Of a stretch of 64,000 nucleotides of DNA, positions 12,705 through 25,670 are shown piece after piece (position 1 is the stretch's first letter; each line of letters opens with the position of its first letter). The DNA lies in the NCBI RefSeq assembly GCF_036321535.1, contig NC_087437.1, forward strand, positions 90,212,001-90,276,000, given 5' to 3'. The stretch is from Camelus dromedarius. Taxonomy: Eukaryota. The notes under the pieces were generated by a model. That model made no database searches. It saw only the letters and a program-made list of their open reading frames with translations, and was not told the DNA's origin. The translations under genes were made by a program, and so were the position numbers.

Positions 12705-13858
12705 CTGAAGGGAATGGAAGCAGGCAGTGTATTTTAGAAACGACTGATGGATGGTTGCATAAATCTGTTTTCTCATTCTCTTTAGCTTTCCAGAAAATAT
12801 AGCTTCGAGTTTTGCAAGCTTTTACATAAATGTTCAAGGGACTCTTCTGCTTAAAGTAATGCAGTGGGGCTATTATGTCAGATTCTACCATTTACAAAGA
12901 TGACCTTGATTACAGAGATGAATGTATCAGGGAAAAATTCTTGAGCATGACAATAGGTGCCCGAATGCTTGTATTCTGGCTAAGTGTAACACCTCCCTCT
13001 CACAACGTTTTTTAGAACACTGTGCAGACCAAACAAAAGTCAAAGATCTGCCACTTCATAACTTCTGGTTTACATGATGTGACTGTAAAGCCCTCTGTCC
13101 TCCAAAAAATTTGTGCCCTGAAATTTTATCATCAATGATACATCCTCTTCTCTCTCCTGAAGGCAATCTTTCTGTATACAAATATTTCCTATTAGGGTAA
13201 CATTTTACATTCGAAACAGGAAAGGGAAAATTTATTTCCTAGTTTTCATTCTTCCTTGACCATGGAGATAGGTGAGTGGATGGCAACACTTTCTAGAACT
13301 GTACACGTTAAAAGAAATCTTCTATTTATTATTAAAGTGCTTTCCTGCTTCCCAAAAGGATGAGGCACTTTAAAACAAAAGAAAAGATATACTAAAATCA
13401 TTAAACTTAGCTCTAGGAAGAATTTATAGCCAGAGTCTTTGTCTAAGGGACATTAAACACTAAAATGGACATTATCTTCACTCGCAGTTTTGCAAAAAGA
13501 GCAGAGGCACTCTTCCTGTGGCCATTTCTTGCAGTGACCTTTGATAAGAAGCCAAGGGCATGATGCCAAATCAGAGCTCTGTGAAGGCATTTCCGAAGGG
13601 GTCCAAAGTAATAGAGGCCTGGTATGTACCATTCTGATGGTCTGATTGATACCGGGATAAAGCCTAGAAAATCTAGAGGGATGAATGGTTGACATGTCCA
13701 GAGAATGTCAATTCCTCTGGAATTTCAATCAACTCAGTTATCAGACCATTTAACATTGAGACTTCTGTTGGGCATTAAAATGTTTATTTTTTCTGCGATG
13801 TTCATTATTAGAAACCTACATAATAACAACAACAATGACAGCAAGAACAATGAAAATA

Positions 13859-14087
13859 ATAATAGCTAACATTTAGTGAGAACTTGCTATGTTCCAGGTC
13901 CCGTGCTAGTTAATTTGCATGACTTAAGACTTGTGACAATCACGTGAAGTATGTATTTTTCATATCCTGTCCACTGTACAGAAGAATAAATTGCAGCTTA
14001 CAGAGGTTAAGTAAATTGTACGTGCTGCTCCGGAGAGTAAATCCAAAAGTTGGAATTCTGAGTCCAAGAAATCTCACCTCAGATCTC
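13859..14087 (-). mobile_element. MIR SINE
   Basis: aatagctaacatttagtgag...gttccagg...cagaggttaagtaaatt...: MIR in reverse orientation. Confidence 0.8.
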
Positions 14088-15028
14088 AGTGGCAATATTC
14101 TCTGTGAGCTCGTTATATTTTAGACACTGAAATTATAGGTAGAAAAGTTGTCCTTTTGTTACCAAATAAAATAGTTCAGCTTGTAGTCTTGTTCACTGAA
14201 GATTCATTTTATGTCTTCATAGAAGTAAGCCTCAGAAGTATCTCTAGAAACAGTCATGATTTTAAAAACTCAGTTATCTACCCTAATTAGAAAAACTCAT
14301 TTCGGCTCTTTGGACCAGTTCAAAATTTAAGAACTAAATTGAAGTCTTTGAGAGTGAGAACTTTATCACCAATTGTGGAAAGTCACCAATAAATCTTTGT
14401 TACTGCAAAAATAATTTTTACTACCTTCTTGTGCTTATTGAGAATACTCCTGTACTGCTGCAGCATGAAACAAAGTCTCAAAGATGTAGTTGCCTGTCTT
14501 ATTTGATATGGTAAATTGATATGTGTACAAGGAATCTAAGAATTGAATCAAGTTACTGAGTAAATTTATTACAGAAGATGCGCATGTTGGTAGAGACTGG
14601 CTAGGACATGGTTCCGTTTTACATACTGGAAAGCCCTATACTACCCATACTAATTCTAAAGGTGGTATTGGGATAAAGCCTCTAAAAAATAATTAAGATC
14701 CTGTGATCTATATTGAGTTAATGGCTCTACAGAATTTAATGATTGCTTAGTAGATCCTATAAAAAGTTAATTTTTTATTTATAAAAAAGAATTAATCTGC
14801 ACAACTAAGGTTTAGGCATTTGATTGCATGTGTTATAATTAAAATAAAGAAAAAATAAGCATCTTGTGTGTATACAGCCTAGGCATAAAAGCAGTACTCC
14901 CTCCAGGCTACATAATATCTTTATGGAGTTACAGAGGGTACTTCTTCTGGACAGATTCAGCTTCTTGGGCGTAAAGTTTGACAAACAGCAAAGGGCAGAG
15001 TTTCAGCCCCCATGCACTTGGAAGAACC

Positions 15029-15063
15029 TACAGCCTAGCATATCTAGTATATGCTAGGCTGTA
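15029..15063. repeat. Perfect 15-bp inverted repeat with 5-nt loop
   Basis: tacagcctagcatat-ctagt-atatgctaggctgta; the arms are exact reverse complements. Confidence 0.95.
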
Positions 15064-15151
15064 TAAAAAACATATCATGGAGGAAGAAACAAAACATTAG
15101 TTTGAACGAGTTTAATCATATCTTAAAATTTGATGAAAACTGTTCCATAAC

Positions 15152-15203
15152 AGAATGCTTTAGAATTAGTGAAAGAAAGAATGCTTTAGGATTAGTGAAA
15201 GAA
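15152..15203. repeat. 26-bp tandem duplication
   Basis: agaatgctttag(a/g)attagtgaaagaa x2, one mismatch. Confidence 0.9.
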
Positions 15204-16789
15204 AACATTTTTAATTTTCTATGGAAATATATTTTAATGCAGATTTTGACCGGTGTAGTTAACAGTTATTCAGTATTTGCTCAGAAAAAGAGACCTATAT
15301 AGAATACAATTTCCTTCATGAGATTGACATGATCACTAATCTGTTTACTTGATTACTGACCATAGAAGAATTAGTTTTATCTATATCACTCACAAATCAG
15401 TTCTTTAACAATAAGACTTATACTTAAATAAGATATATTTAAACTAAGAATAACCGGACCCAAAAATTAATTAAATTGATGTTTCTTATTTATGAAATTT
15501 AAGAGTTCAGATTGTATATTTGGAGAATTGCTGTGGAAATTTGTAGTTGGAACAATCTTGGGAACAAAAATATCTTGAGCTACCTTTGGATAATTCATCA
15601 AAGAATATTTTCATTTCAGAAATTATAATAGGAAGAAATACGAGGTTTTCTTTCTAGCAGTGATTTCTATGATATTGTCCTCCTTCTCTGGAGACCTTGG
15701 GCACGAAGCTCTATATAATGTGTTGGTCAAGATTGGAAAGCAGATTCTGTTGTGTTGAGTGATAATATACTCATTGCTGAATCCTGTTAGATGTTTGTTT
15801 TCCAAATGTAGTACCTCTATTTCAAAGAATAAAGAGGCAAGAAGCTTTATATGTATTTATATTTGTTCCATTTGTTTACTTGAAATGGGTTCTAAGTAAT
15901 GGACTTAAATAATTCAATTGCTTAAACTTGAATAAATTAAAACTTCAGTGGATGAACTCTGAACTCCCTAAAAAAAAATTACAGAAGATCAAAAAAAATA
16001 GAAATTAATATTCTCATTTGCAAGATGGTGATGAAATTGTTGAACTACATTGCCAATATCCTGACTTTGAAAAGGCTTATATTTTTAGTGTTAATCCATT
16101 TTGCAATTTAGATTTAATAAAGTGCAGATTTAATAAACATGATTGTTGGTAACTGGTGGTTTTAATCACTGAATTGACTGTCAATTTACTATTTCGACTA
16201 TAATTTAGTTGTGTGATCCTTCAGGATTAGTTACTTTCACAAGTTCTATTTACTAACTCTGAAATTTGGCAAGAAATTGCTACTATTAATTCTCTGTTAA
16301 TGTCTGTACATATTAAAAACGTATTATAGGATCTCTGGCTAGGTAATTCACACACATCATTACATTTTTTTTTGGTATAAATAGAAAGAGAAGAAAAATG
16401 TGGGATTCTTCTCTTTCAGATAAAAATAAATTATTTTAAATTTTAAATTCCAAATATAGCTAAGTTAGTGAGGTAAAAAGAAAATGAAATAATCTCATGA
16501 TGGATTATTTAACAGGAAATTTCATAAAATATCTTGCTTTTGCCACTAAGTGGACACTATTCTCTATTAGAAAAGTCTGTGTTAAAAATTCATTTTGCAT
16601 CAGTAATTTATTTATCATTACAAACCTAGAGGAAAAAATATTTAGAATGTAAAGTAAAAATAGAGAATGTGGTTATTTGGGGACAAATAAATAATAAGTG
16701 TAAATATGTTTTGTAAACTATCGATTTCTTTAGTAAAATCACCTTTCAATACCTATAACAATGTTTAGTACTTCAAAACCATTATTGTC

Positions 16790-16990
16790 TTCATTGACAA
16801 ATAATTTATCACCTACCTTGAACAAAGGTATTGTGTTTTACTATAGGAATGAAGAGTTATAAGTAAAAGCCTATGTCCTTCAAGGACTTACAGTATAATC
16901 AGAAAGAAAGAGCATATAAAAAGAAGGCACATGATAATAAAGAGTTATGTAAGTGAACTGCCAAAGGAGTGGAAGAGGTAATAAATTCTG
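16790..16990 (-). mobile_element. L2 3' fragment
   Basis: caaataatttatcacctac...tgtccttcaaggacttacagt resembles the reverse of the L2 3' end. Confidence 0.55.
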
Positions 16991-19870
16991 TGGGAAATCA
17001 GAGTCGGGGGTCATGATGAAATTAAGTCATTGGTGTCCTTATGCAAATCAATTCTAAATTGTTACATCTTAAAAAACAAAGTTAAGAGTATGGTCAGTTA
17101 AAAGAAAGGTCAGTTATTACAATCATTTATTTTTCAACTTTAATATGCTGTCCTTTTCCTATGGAAAACCCATGCCCTCTTGTGGACAGGACTATCAGTT
17201 TTACGAATTTCGAAGGTGACCCTATCTTTTTTCCCAATATCAATAAGCGTATGTTAGAAGTGGAGTCAGGACTGTCAGTATCAGATGGTTTTTAGTGTCT
17301 TAAAGGTCACTGAATTAACATTTTGCAAAGAATTCATTTTTCACAGTTACATAGCATAATTACAGCTTCTAGAATTTTCTAAGATACTGAAAGAATGTTC
17401 TGTTCAATTGTGATCTGCACTGTGAAATTTCTAAAAACAATCATATAAGTCTCTAGTATTTTGATATTCTATGAAGGTGTAAGGTAAGAATAAGACAGCT
17501 ACCCTTTCCACGTGATCATTTCACTACTGACAGTCACAAGTTTCTGGACTTTGGACATTTTTTTCCACATTTCTTAGAAAAGCAAACCTAAAGCAAATCT
17601 GTGTATCTGCCATCTTCCTTAAATGGTCATGACCTTATAGAGCGGAGTTGCGAGTAATAACATTCCTTAAGGGAAATGTCTTAAAAATGGAATGAAACAG
17701 TTCCATTTGTAAAAGCAAGCATTTAAGACTTATATGAGACTTATAGGATTAAATTCTCAGTTCTCAATTTCTAAGGACCTAGATTAAAGTTCTTAGTAAC
17801 TTGTTTTGGGGAAGCTGTTCATTGACATTGCTGTTTTTACTCTGCCATTTATTTCTATTTGCATACATTATCCAAATTATTTAATTTTATGCATTACTTT
17901 ATATGCCAGTCACATTGCAATGAAAGCCTGAATTTAATGTTTTTAAGCAAACTACGACACAAACTAACATCTCTTGTTAAACTAAAAGTCCTAAGAACTT
18001 ATCTTTGAAAAAAGAAAAAAAAATTCATTGGGCTTGACATTATATACATTATCCGATAGAAAGAGAAAGTCAAATGTTCTCTCTCCTTAAGGGGTACACT
18101 GGATAATATATATCATATGACCTGAAGTTTACAGGCAGAAAGCATTTTACATTGGTTTCTTATTCAAATTTTAGAGATTTTTCACAAGCAATTTATGTAG
18201 GTACAAGCTTCTTAAAATGTCCTTTGGGCACATCTGTCTTTCCAATTTCATCAATTCAGCTGAATATAATACCCGTGTCCCCAGGTAAAAGTCATGATGC
18301 AATTCTATCAGACAGTTGCTGTACTTTGCGCAGTGTGGGTGTGAGAGCTAATTTTGTCCTTAGATTCAGAAGCTTCATTAACAGTCTTAACACATTCACT
18401 GCAGCTTTCTAAACCTCTCAGGCTTTAACACTTACACTACTGCAGAACCAGGGAGAAAGAAAAATAAAATGTTATCCTTGTTTTGAAAACACATTCCTCT
18501 GACTGGCAACAAATACAGCTCTTTTGTGTACTTCCAACAGTGTCATGCAATGGAAGCCTTTTGGCAACGCGCAATTAATGCTATGAGAAAAGTACTTTTA
18601 TACGCACACAGACACACACAAAAATTTTGTCCAAACATAAATAACAAAGACTATGCTTAGACTTTATAGGAGTTGTATATAGCTGCAAAGAGCTTTTTTC
18701 TAAAAAAGTGACTCTTTGTGATTGCATTTAAAAAATCTAAATTCTAAATTATTGTAATTACTCAATATTAATATTAATTCCTCAGATTTCAGTGATTAAT
18801 ATTCAGCCAAAACGCTGTCTGGCTTTTAAATGAAAACATTTATCAAAGTCTAACCTTTGATTCTCAGTATCTATAGTCAATGATCATGCCAGTAAGGGTA
18901 CATAGTTGTTATATTATACAAATGTTAAGAAAAATGCAAATTATTTCCTTAGAAATTACAACAAGCTTCGTCAGATTCACTCAAGCAGATATACCAGAGT
19001 GATGTTGAGGAAAACGTTACAACAGCTGTATGGCATTCTTCCTATCTATTACTAACAATATGCCATGATTATAGTTCATACAGTGTCCAGTTTAACCAGT
19101 TTAAACTTTGATTACATATATGAAAAACACTACAGATGGTTAATAAGGAAGTATATAAATTACAATTTACATATGTTAAAATTTCAATAATTAAAAGTAT
19201 TCAAGATGGGGAAGAATAAGTATGGAATTATCAGCAATTGCTTACTTTTAATTCTTAAGGTTTAGACTGCTCATTTTCTTAGACAATATAATGAAATCTC
19301 TAGTGAGGCAAAGTCATATTTTTTTAATGGACGCACTCAGGATTTCTACATTGTCTTAAAGCTTACACAGAAAAAGTTGTTGGGTTTTTTTGGCACTAAT
19401 CTGGGAAATATCTTGGAAATAGGCTCAAGTATTAATTTAAAAAATGCAATAAAGCAATTTCACATATATATCTACAGTGAAAGTCACACAAAAAAGAAAG
19501 CATGCCATCCATATTTAAACAGTATGTAAGGATATATGAATGATCAAGAACCTAAATAGATTGGATCATAGAGGCAAAGAGTTCCATTCACTTTGTGGTG
19601 TACACGTTAATACAAAGTAATTTAGTTGTTTGCATGACAATGACACATATTCGAATACGCTATTCAGTCTGATATCATCACACATGATTTTCTAGCAAAA
19701 CAAGGACCCACCATTTAAGTTGAAGGGAAAAAAAGACTTCTAAAAAATACTCATTTCAAAAAAGATAAGCATATAAAAATTTCAGTTATTAAAGAACCAC
19801 ATGTAACCCACCATTTTTTTCTTCTGAGGTTTAAGAAGCTTTAGAAATGCTATTCAAAATACACAATTTT

Positions 19871-20003
19871 GTGGGGAAGTTATAGCTCAGTGGTAGAGTA
19901 TTTGCCTAGCATGCACAAGGTCCTGGGTTCAATCCCCAGTACCTCCATTTAAAAAAAAAAGTTAATAAATAATTAAACCTAATCTCCTCCCCCCATAATA
20001 CAA
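19871..20003 (+). mobile_element. tRNA-derived SINE, camelid Vic-1-like
   Basis: Pol III A box (tagctcagtggtag) and B box (gggttcaatccc), an A-rich middle, aaacctaatctcctcccccc 3' part, and TSD caaaatacacaattt (19855-19869) / caaaatacactattt (20004-20018). Confidence 0.88.
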
Positions 20004-22003
20004 CAAAATACACTATTTGGGGAACCATTTTAACTAGGATATCAGGAGATTTGAAACTACTCACACGAGGAGATAAATGTATCATAACAGGACAGTCATC
20101 AGCCCTATCGGTACTTTGCCCAGCATCCCTGAAGTGCAGTATTCCAAAGCATTCTATAGTTATCATGTTCTCTCATTATAGGACACCTTACACCCATAAA
20201 CAGCAGAACAATTTTATTATGGAAAACAGACTATATGTAAATAATATTCCATCATATGTAAACGTAGCCCCCACCCATCCCCAGGGAAACTAAAGATTTA
20301 GGAATCATCTTCTAGAGTTTATTTATTTTAATCCTATGTATTATTTCTTTCTCAAGCACTTTTGGTGGCTGCTAGGATAAATGCTAGCACACAAATGGTA
20401 GCAGGCATTACAACGTTGAAGGGAAACTTAGAGGGGAAAACATTAAAGTGATAAAATTCTATTTATAATCTCACCCTCTTCCTTCCTCCACTCCCCACCA
20501 AATAGTGGGAAAGACGAACAGTCCATTCCAGCAGCTGCATGTCTTGACCCAGCGTATGTTCTTTATAATTACAGCTTGAGAAGTGAAGGGAAGATTTACT
20601 TGGAAGGGTCCCCTTTAGCAGGGGCTGTGTTTACATTACATCCAGTTTGAGGAGGACTGAGCAAATGTGATCATTCCTGAAATGTAGACTTCCTGTGGTG
20701 TAGTCTGGCCCATGTCTTATTTTCCCTATTCACTGTGCATATAATGTATAGCTCTTGTCTCACTGCAGATACCCATCATAGTTTTATTAATAAAAGGGGA
20801 CAACCTAGAATTCTTCCTTTGGTAATCATTTTCTTCCTATGGGATCTTGATCTTTTATTTCTTATTCCAGCAACCTAACTCTGATTTCTGCTCTCTCCTT
20901 CATGTGGCATTCTGACCTCTGAGTTCTTGATCCTGGATCTCTCCCAGACACTGATTAGATTATAGCTGCTCAGAAAAGGCACCAAAATCTTCCCTCAACA
21001 GTAAGCCTGGCGTCTAAAAGAGATCTGGGAAGTATCAGGTGCCAATTTTACTATCAACATATTTCTCTGTGACAGTGGATCTAGTATTTTCTATTTCTAT
21101 AACCAGTCAATTAAAAACAAATGGTAACTAATAGGAAGTTTCCATATTCATCAAGCAAGAACTCTTAAATAAATGCCATCTATAGAATACCATTTTTAAA
21201 AAATAGGGTATTTTAACACCAAAGAATTAGGAAAGACAATCTCAGAATAACTTATATAATCTTTATGAAAGGCACAATATGTGAAACTTAAAAATATACA
21301 TAGTTTTCTCATTTTCCTGCACATCTATGGAACCTTCTCCAGAGATCTGATCTGATCTAGAAACCAGTAACTGGGAACCATTGGCATAGTATTTTGTACA
21401 CTTGGATTACAAGTTTGTGGAAAGTGTCTGGACAAGGAATCATAATGATTCAGAGAAGTATTCCTCAGGGTCTCCATTTGAAAATGGGGTGAAAATATCT
21501 ATTATTCATGCCTCCCATAAGTAAAGGACAAAAATATATGTAAAAGATCCCTATAAATAATAGAATGCTTTGTTAATCTACTTAGCTATTAGTGTTGAGG
21601 ATATTAGTCATATTGTTGGAAATTTGTTATTCTTTGTTTCCTTTTGATAGATCATCTACAAAGGAAACAAAAATATTTTTACTTCAGGGTCTACCTGAGT
21701 CTTTAGAATGCAGAGTAGGAAAAGAAACTACATTATAATAATCTGCTGCTGAATCTTTAAAAATAACCTAAGTTTCATGTACTATAGTTCTCATGCTTCT
21801 GGAAAAATCACAAGCCAATAACATAAGGCAAAGGAAAATCAGTAAACTGGTTGTTTTGGATTTGAAAGCCCTCTACTACCCTCACCTCCATTACAACCTC
21901 TGAAGTGATACAGGCAGAAAGGAGCCCTGGTACCATAGCTCTACAGCAGAGTCTCCACTGTCAAGTGGACTCACGGGAACTAGACTAAATACTGACATCT
22001 CCT

Positions 22004-22740
22004 AAAAGGGAACCCTCCTTCACTGCTGGTGGGAATGTAGTTTGGTGCAGCCAGTATGGAAAACAGTATGGAGATTCCTCAAAAAACTAAAAACAGATAC
22101 AGCTTACCATATGATCCAGCAATCCCACTTCTGGGTATGTATCTGGAGGAAACTCTAGTGTGAAAAGATATATGCGCTATATACAATAGCTAAGACATGG
22201 AATGAACCTAAATGTCCATTGACAGATGATTAGATAAAGCAGTTGTGGTATATTTATACAATGGAATACTGCTCAGCCATAAAAAAGAAATAAAATAATG
22301 CCATTTGCAGCAACATGGATGGACTGAGAGGTCATCATTCTAAATGAGGTAAGCCAGAAAGAGAAGAAAAAGACCATATGATATCACTCATATGTGGAAT
22401 TTAATTTTTAAAAAAACGAACTCATCAACAAAACAGAAAAAGACTCACAGACTTAGTAAATAATCTTATGGTTGTCAGGGAAAGGGGGGTGGGAAGGGAT
22501 AAATTTGGGAGTTTGAGATTTACAAATGTTAGCCACTGTATATAAAAACAGATCTAAAAATGTTTCTTTTGCATAGCACAGGGAACTTAGTTCAGTATCT
22601 TAAAATAACCTTTGATGGAAAAACATATGAAAATGAATATATGCATGTATATACATGACTGGGACATTATGCTGTACACCAGAGATTGACACATTGTAAT
22701 TGACTGTGCTTCAATTAAAAAAAAATTTAAAAAATAAAGT
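22004..22740 (+). mobile_element. L1 3' fragment (ORF2 end + 3'UTR), camelid/cetartiodactyl type
   Basis: gctggtgggaatgta...catatgatccagcaatcccacttctggg...gctgtacaccagagattgacacattgtaa, with an A tail. TSD taaatactgacatctcct (21986-22003) / taaatactgacatttcct (22741-22758), 17/18. Confidence 0.95.
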
Positions 22741-23689
22741 TAAATACTGACATTTCCTGATCCATACCACATTTCCTATGTTACCCTTAGATCTACACTC
22801 TTATGATTATCCCCAAAATATGACATGAATATTTGTATACATCAACCCCACAGAACTGGGGTGGGTTAAAAGTCCCTTCTATGTCAAATTTATGCAAGAA
22901 ACTGACATGTCTGCATGATGCCATCTGACACTAGAGAACTATAAAAAATCCTAAATACTTGGAGTAGAAAGTATTTGGCCATATATATCCTCATTCCATA
23001 ATTCATAGATGTTTTTAGTTCTTCTCCAAGAAGTTAGGTCTCTATGAGGAGCAAAACACTTAGTGGAGTCATGAGTGGTGAGAAGGAAGTAATTATGCAA
23101 AGGTCTGTGGCATGGGATGGGGAAGGAGGCAAGATTTCTGAGCAAGCTAAAGAGTCAGTTCAAGGCCCAAGGCTGGCAGTTCTTAGTTTTCCTTAAAGCT
23201 CAGTTGCTTGGCTGGGACCCTATGGTCCTGTGTATTTCTCTCCCACTGCTCCCTATTTTATTACAGGCATCCTGTGCAAAAGTGAAAGCAAACCTAAAAC
23301 CAAGAAGCCACGTAAAGGAGTCTGAGTGTCACCACCACCCCAGGAACTCCTGTCGTGCTCCTCCATCTCCCCACCACTAGACATATACCCTTAGAGAAAA
23401 ACACCAGTGCAGATGAAGCCAAAGTTCACCCTACCCCTTAAATATCACAGTTCAAAGCCTCATGAATAGTACTGTTACATCCAGAAAGACATAAGGAATT
23501 TTTTTCTTTTTTGAATCAGAGATCTAGGTATAAATCCTGGTCCACAGGATCATAAGAAATCACTTAACCTCTCTGACTCCTAGCTGTATTCATAAAAGTT
23601 CATGTTAGTCTATGTTGGTCTATCTTAGTGTATTTAATACATCTTATATTGGAAAGCTTGTAAGTTAAGTAGTGTGGAGTATAAAATGA

Positions 23690-24210
23690 TTAATAAGATA
23701 TTGCCTCTTCCCTAAATGTCCATAGCATCTTATAAGGGTGACAAAGTACATATAAAAACTACAAAAGGCTCATTAGAAAGTAATAAAAGTAATAACACCA
23801 TGGGAAAGAAATCAATAAGTGTAATTAGAATTAGAGTAAAAATGTATTATATTTTAGCTGGGGGACTATAAATGGGGGAAGTTATCTTTATGTGTTAAAC
23901 CTTGAATTACACAGTATTTGCAATCAACAGATAAGGGTGTGCATCTGTACATCTGAAAGTGGGAAATCATGGGGTTTGTTTGAAGACGATTACCCCATCT
24001 AGTTTGATCAGATCTCATAAATAAAAGGAAATAGTGAGAATGAAGCTGGGAATGTAGTTTGGGAGACTGAATTTTATCTTGTAGAAATGGAGAGTCTCTA
24101 AATCTTTCATATTAAAGGATGACATGTTAGGTGTCCTTTAGTAATATATTTGTGTTTCAGTATGTAGGAGAATTAGTGGTGGGGAAAGACTAGGCTGGAA
24201 GGTCTTGTTG
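23690..24210 (-). mobile_element. L2 fragments, decayed
   Basis: Purine-rich antisense L2-like motifs (attttatcttgtagaaatggagagtc; gatgacatgttagg). Confidence 0.5.
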
Positions 24211-25429
24211 GATTACTGGACTATAAAACATGCTAATGAACAAGTACATCATATCCATACAAGCACGGCAGGGGTAACAATCCTTGAAAGAGATAAACCA
24301 ACAATGTTTATTATAATATTCTATTAACATAGATAATTGTAAAGGTCTCTATTTAGAACTTTAAAAAATTATTAAATTTAAGGTATGTGTTGTTGTCTAT
24401 AAACAATATGTAGTATCTTCTAGTTCTAGCACTACTGTTCAGAATACTACTGCTGCATTCTTAGCTGTATTTAGACTTCATAAACTAAAGCTAGATGTGC
24501 TTTCTTAAAGTTATCATTTGTCTCTCTGGATCAATGCTCTATTTTAAACTGAAAATATGGATTGGCTAATTTGATATTACATTCCACACATTTCATAATT
24601 TTCAAAAATTTGACTATCTTTAATCTATTATAGATATTAATTATAGTAAATAAAAACTACAGATAAACCCATCTATTAATTACACACAAGATTTCATACT
24701 GAGCTTTAGTCATGAACTTTAAATAGAGACATCTGACACGCTTTACAGAAAAATTCACATTGTGACTTTACTACTTCCTAGGTATATAACCTTGGTTAAT
24801 TTACTTAACCTCTCTAATTTCCTGATCTTTAAAAGTAAAATTCTTTAAACAGTCTTAGCAATAAGTGCCTGTTAAAAACAGCATTTATTGTTATATCCTA
24901 GGCACTTCCTCCTATCAAAGGGCAATTTTATTTTAATTTAAATAATTCTTAAAATTTTGGAGATTGATTTGGAGTAGGGAGAAGATAAGCCATACACTTA
25001 AGTGACATTATTGCCTTTATCCATCTAAAGTCTACAGAAATCAAATTGAAGGCAAAGTTAGCAATTAACAGATCAATTTAGACTATATCTACAGTTAACT
25101 CAGATTATATACACTAAAGAAGGTTCATGTTGGGGCTTGACTGGCCGTCTACATTGACAAATTAACCAGATAATTGACATCTCTTATCTGAATGCTGTAT
25201 TATAAGCATATAGGCAAGTCCTAGCCTAAGTGCCATGCACTATTTCAAGACTAAAGTGAATTTGACACAAAATGTGCAGTAGTTTTGCTTTCATTAACCC
25301 ATTGACATTCCTGTCGCCAACCTCATTTAAAAAAGAAATTCCACAGAGATTTCATAGAATTAAAAGAAAATGCAGTCTCTGTGCTTCACCCCTCCATAAT
25401 TAGCAACGTGGAGAGAACGTGTTATAATT

Positions 25430-25670
25430 TGAATGGAAGTCAGGATACACACAATGCCTTCCTCACTCTCTGTAACTAACTAGATGTGTAAATTTAAGCA
25501 AATTACTAAAGTGTATCTTTTTATTTTTTTTTTTATTTGTAAAATGGCAGTAGGATGGATGATAAGAAAGAGGTACTTAGCAAAGAAAATTCACAGGCAA
25601 GCACTGTTTCAGGAACCTTGGTACTTGGCAAAATGTATGATACACAGTAGGAGGCAATAAATATTTATAG
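25430..25670 (+). mobile_element. MIR fragment with L2-like 3' tail
   Basis: ggaagtcagga...actaactagatgtg...tttgtaaaatgg...acacagtaggaggcaataaata. Confidence 0.55.

Noticed and set aside
12690..12709. Full REST/RE1 site
   Set aside because: Only the left half (ttcagcacc) matches; the GGACAG right half is absent.
13535..13621. Plus-strand 87-nt exon-like segment (ttgcag|...cctg|gtatgt)
   Set aside because: Stops in all three frames when read as an internal exon; the ATG-initiated peptide is unrecognised.
19873..19945. tRNA gene
   Set aside because: The tRNA-like head continues into a SINE body with tail and TSD; it is a retroposed SINE.
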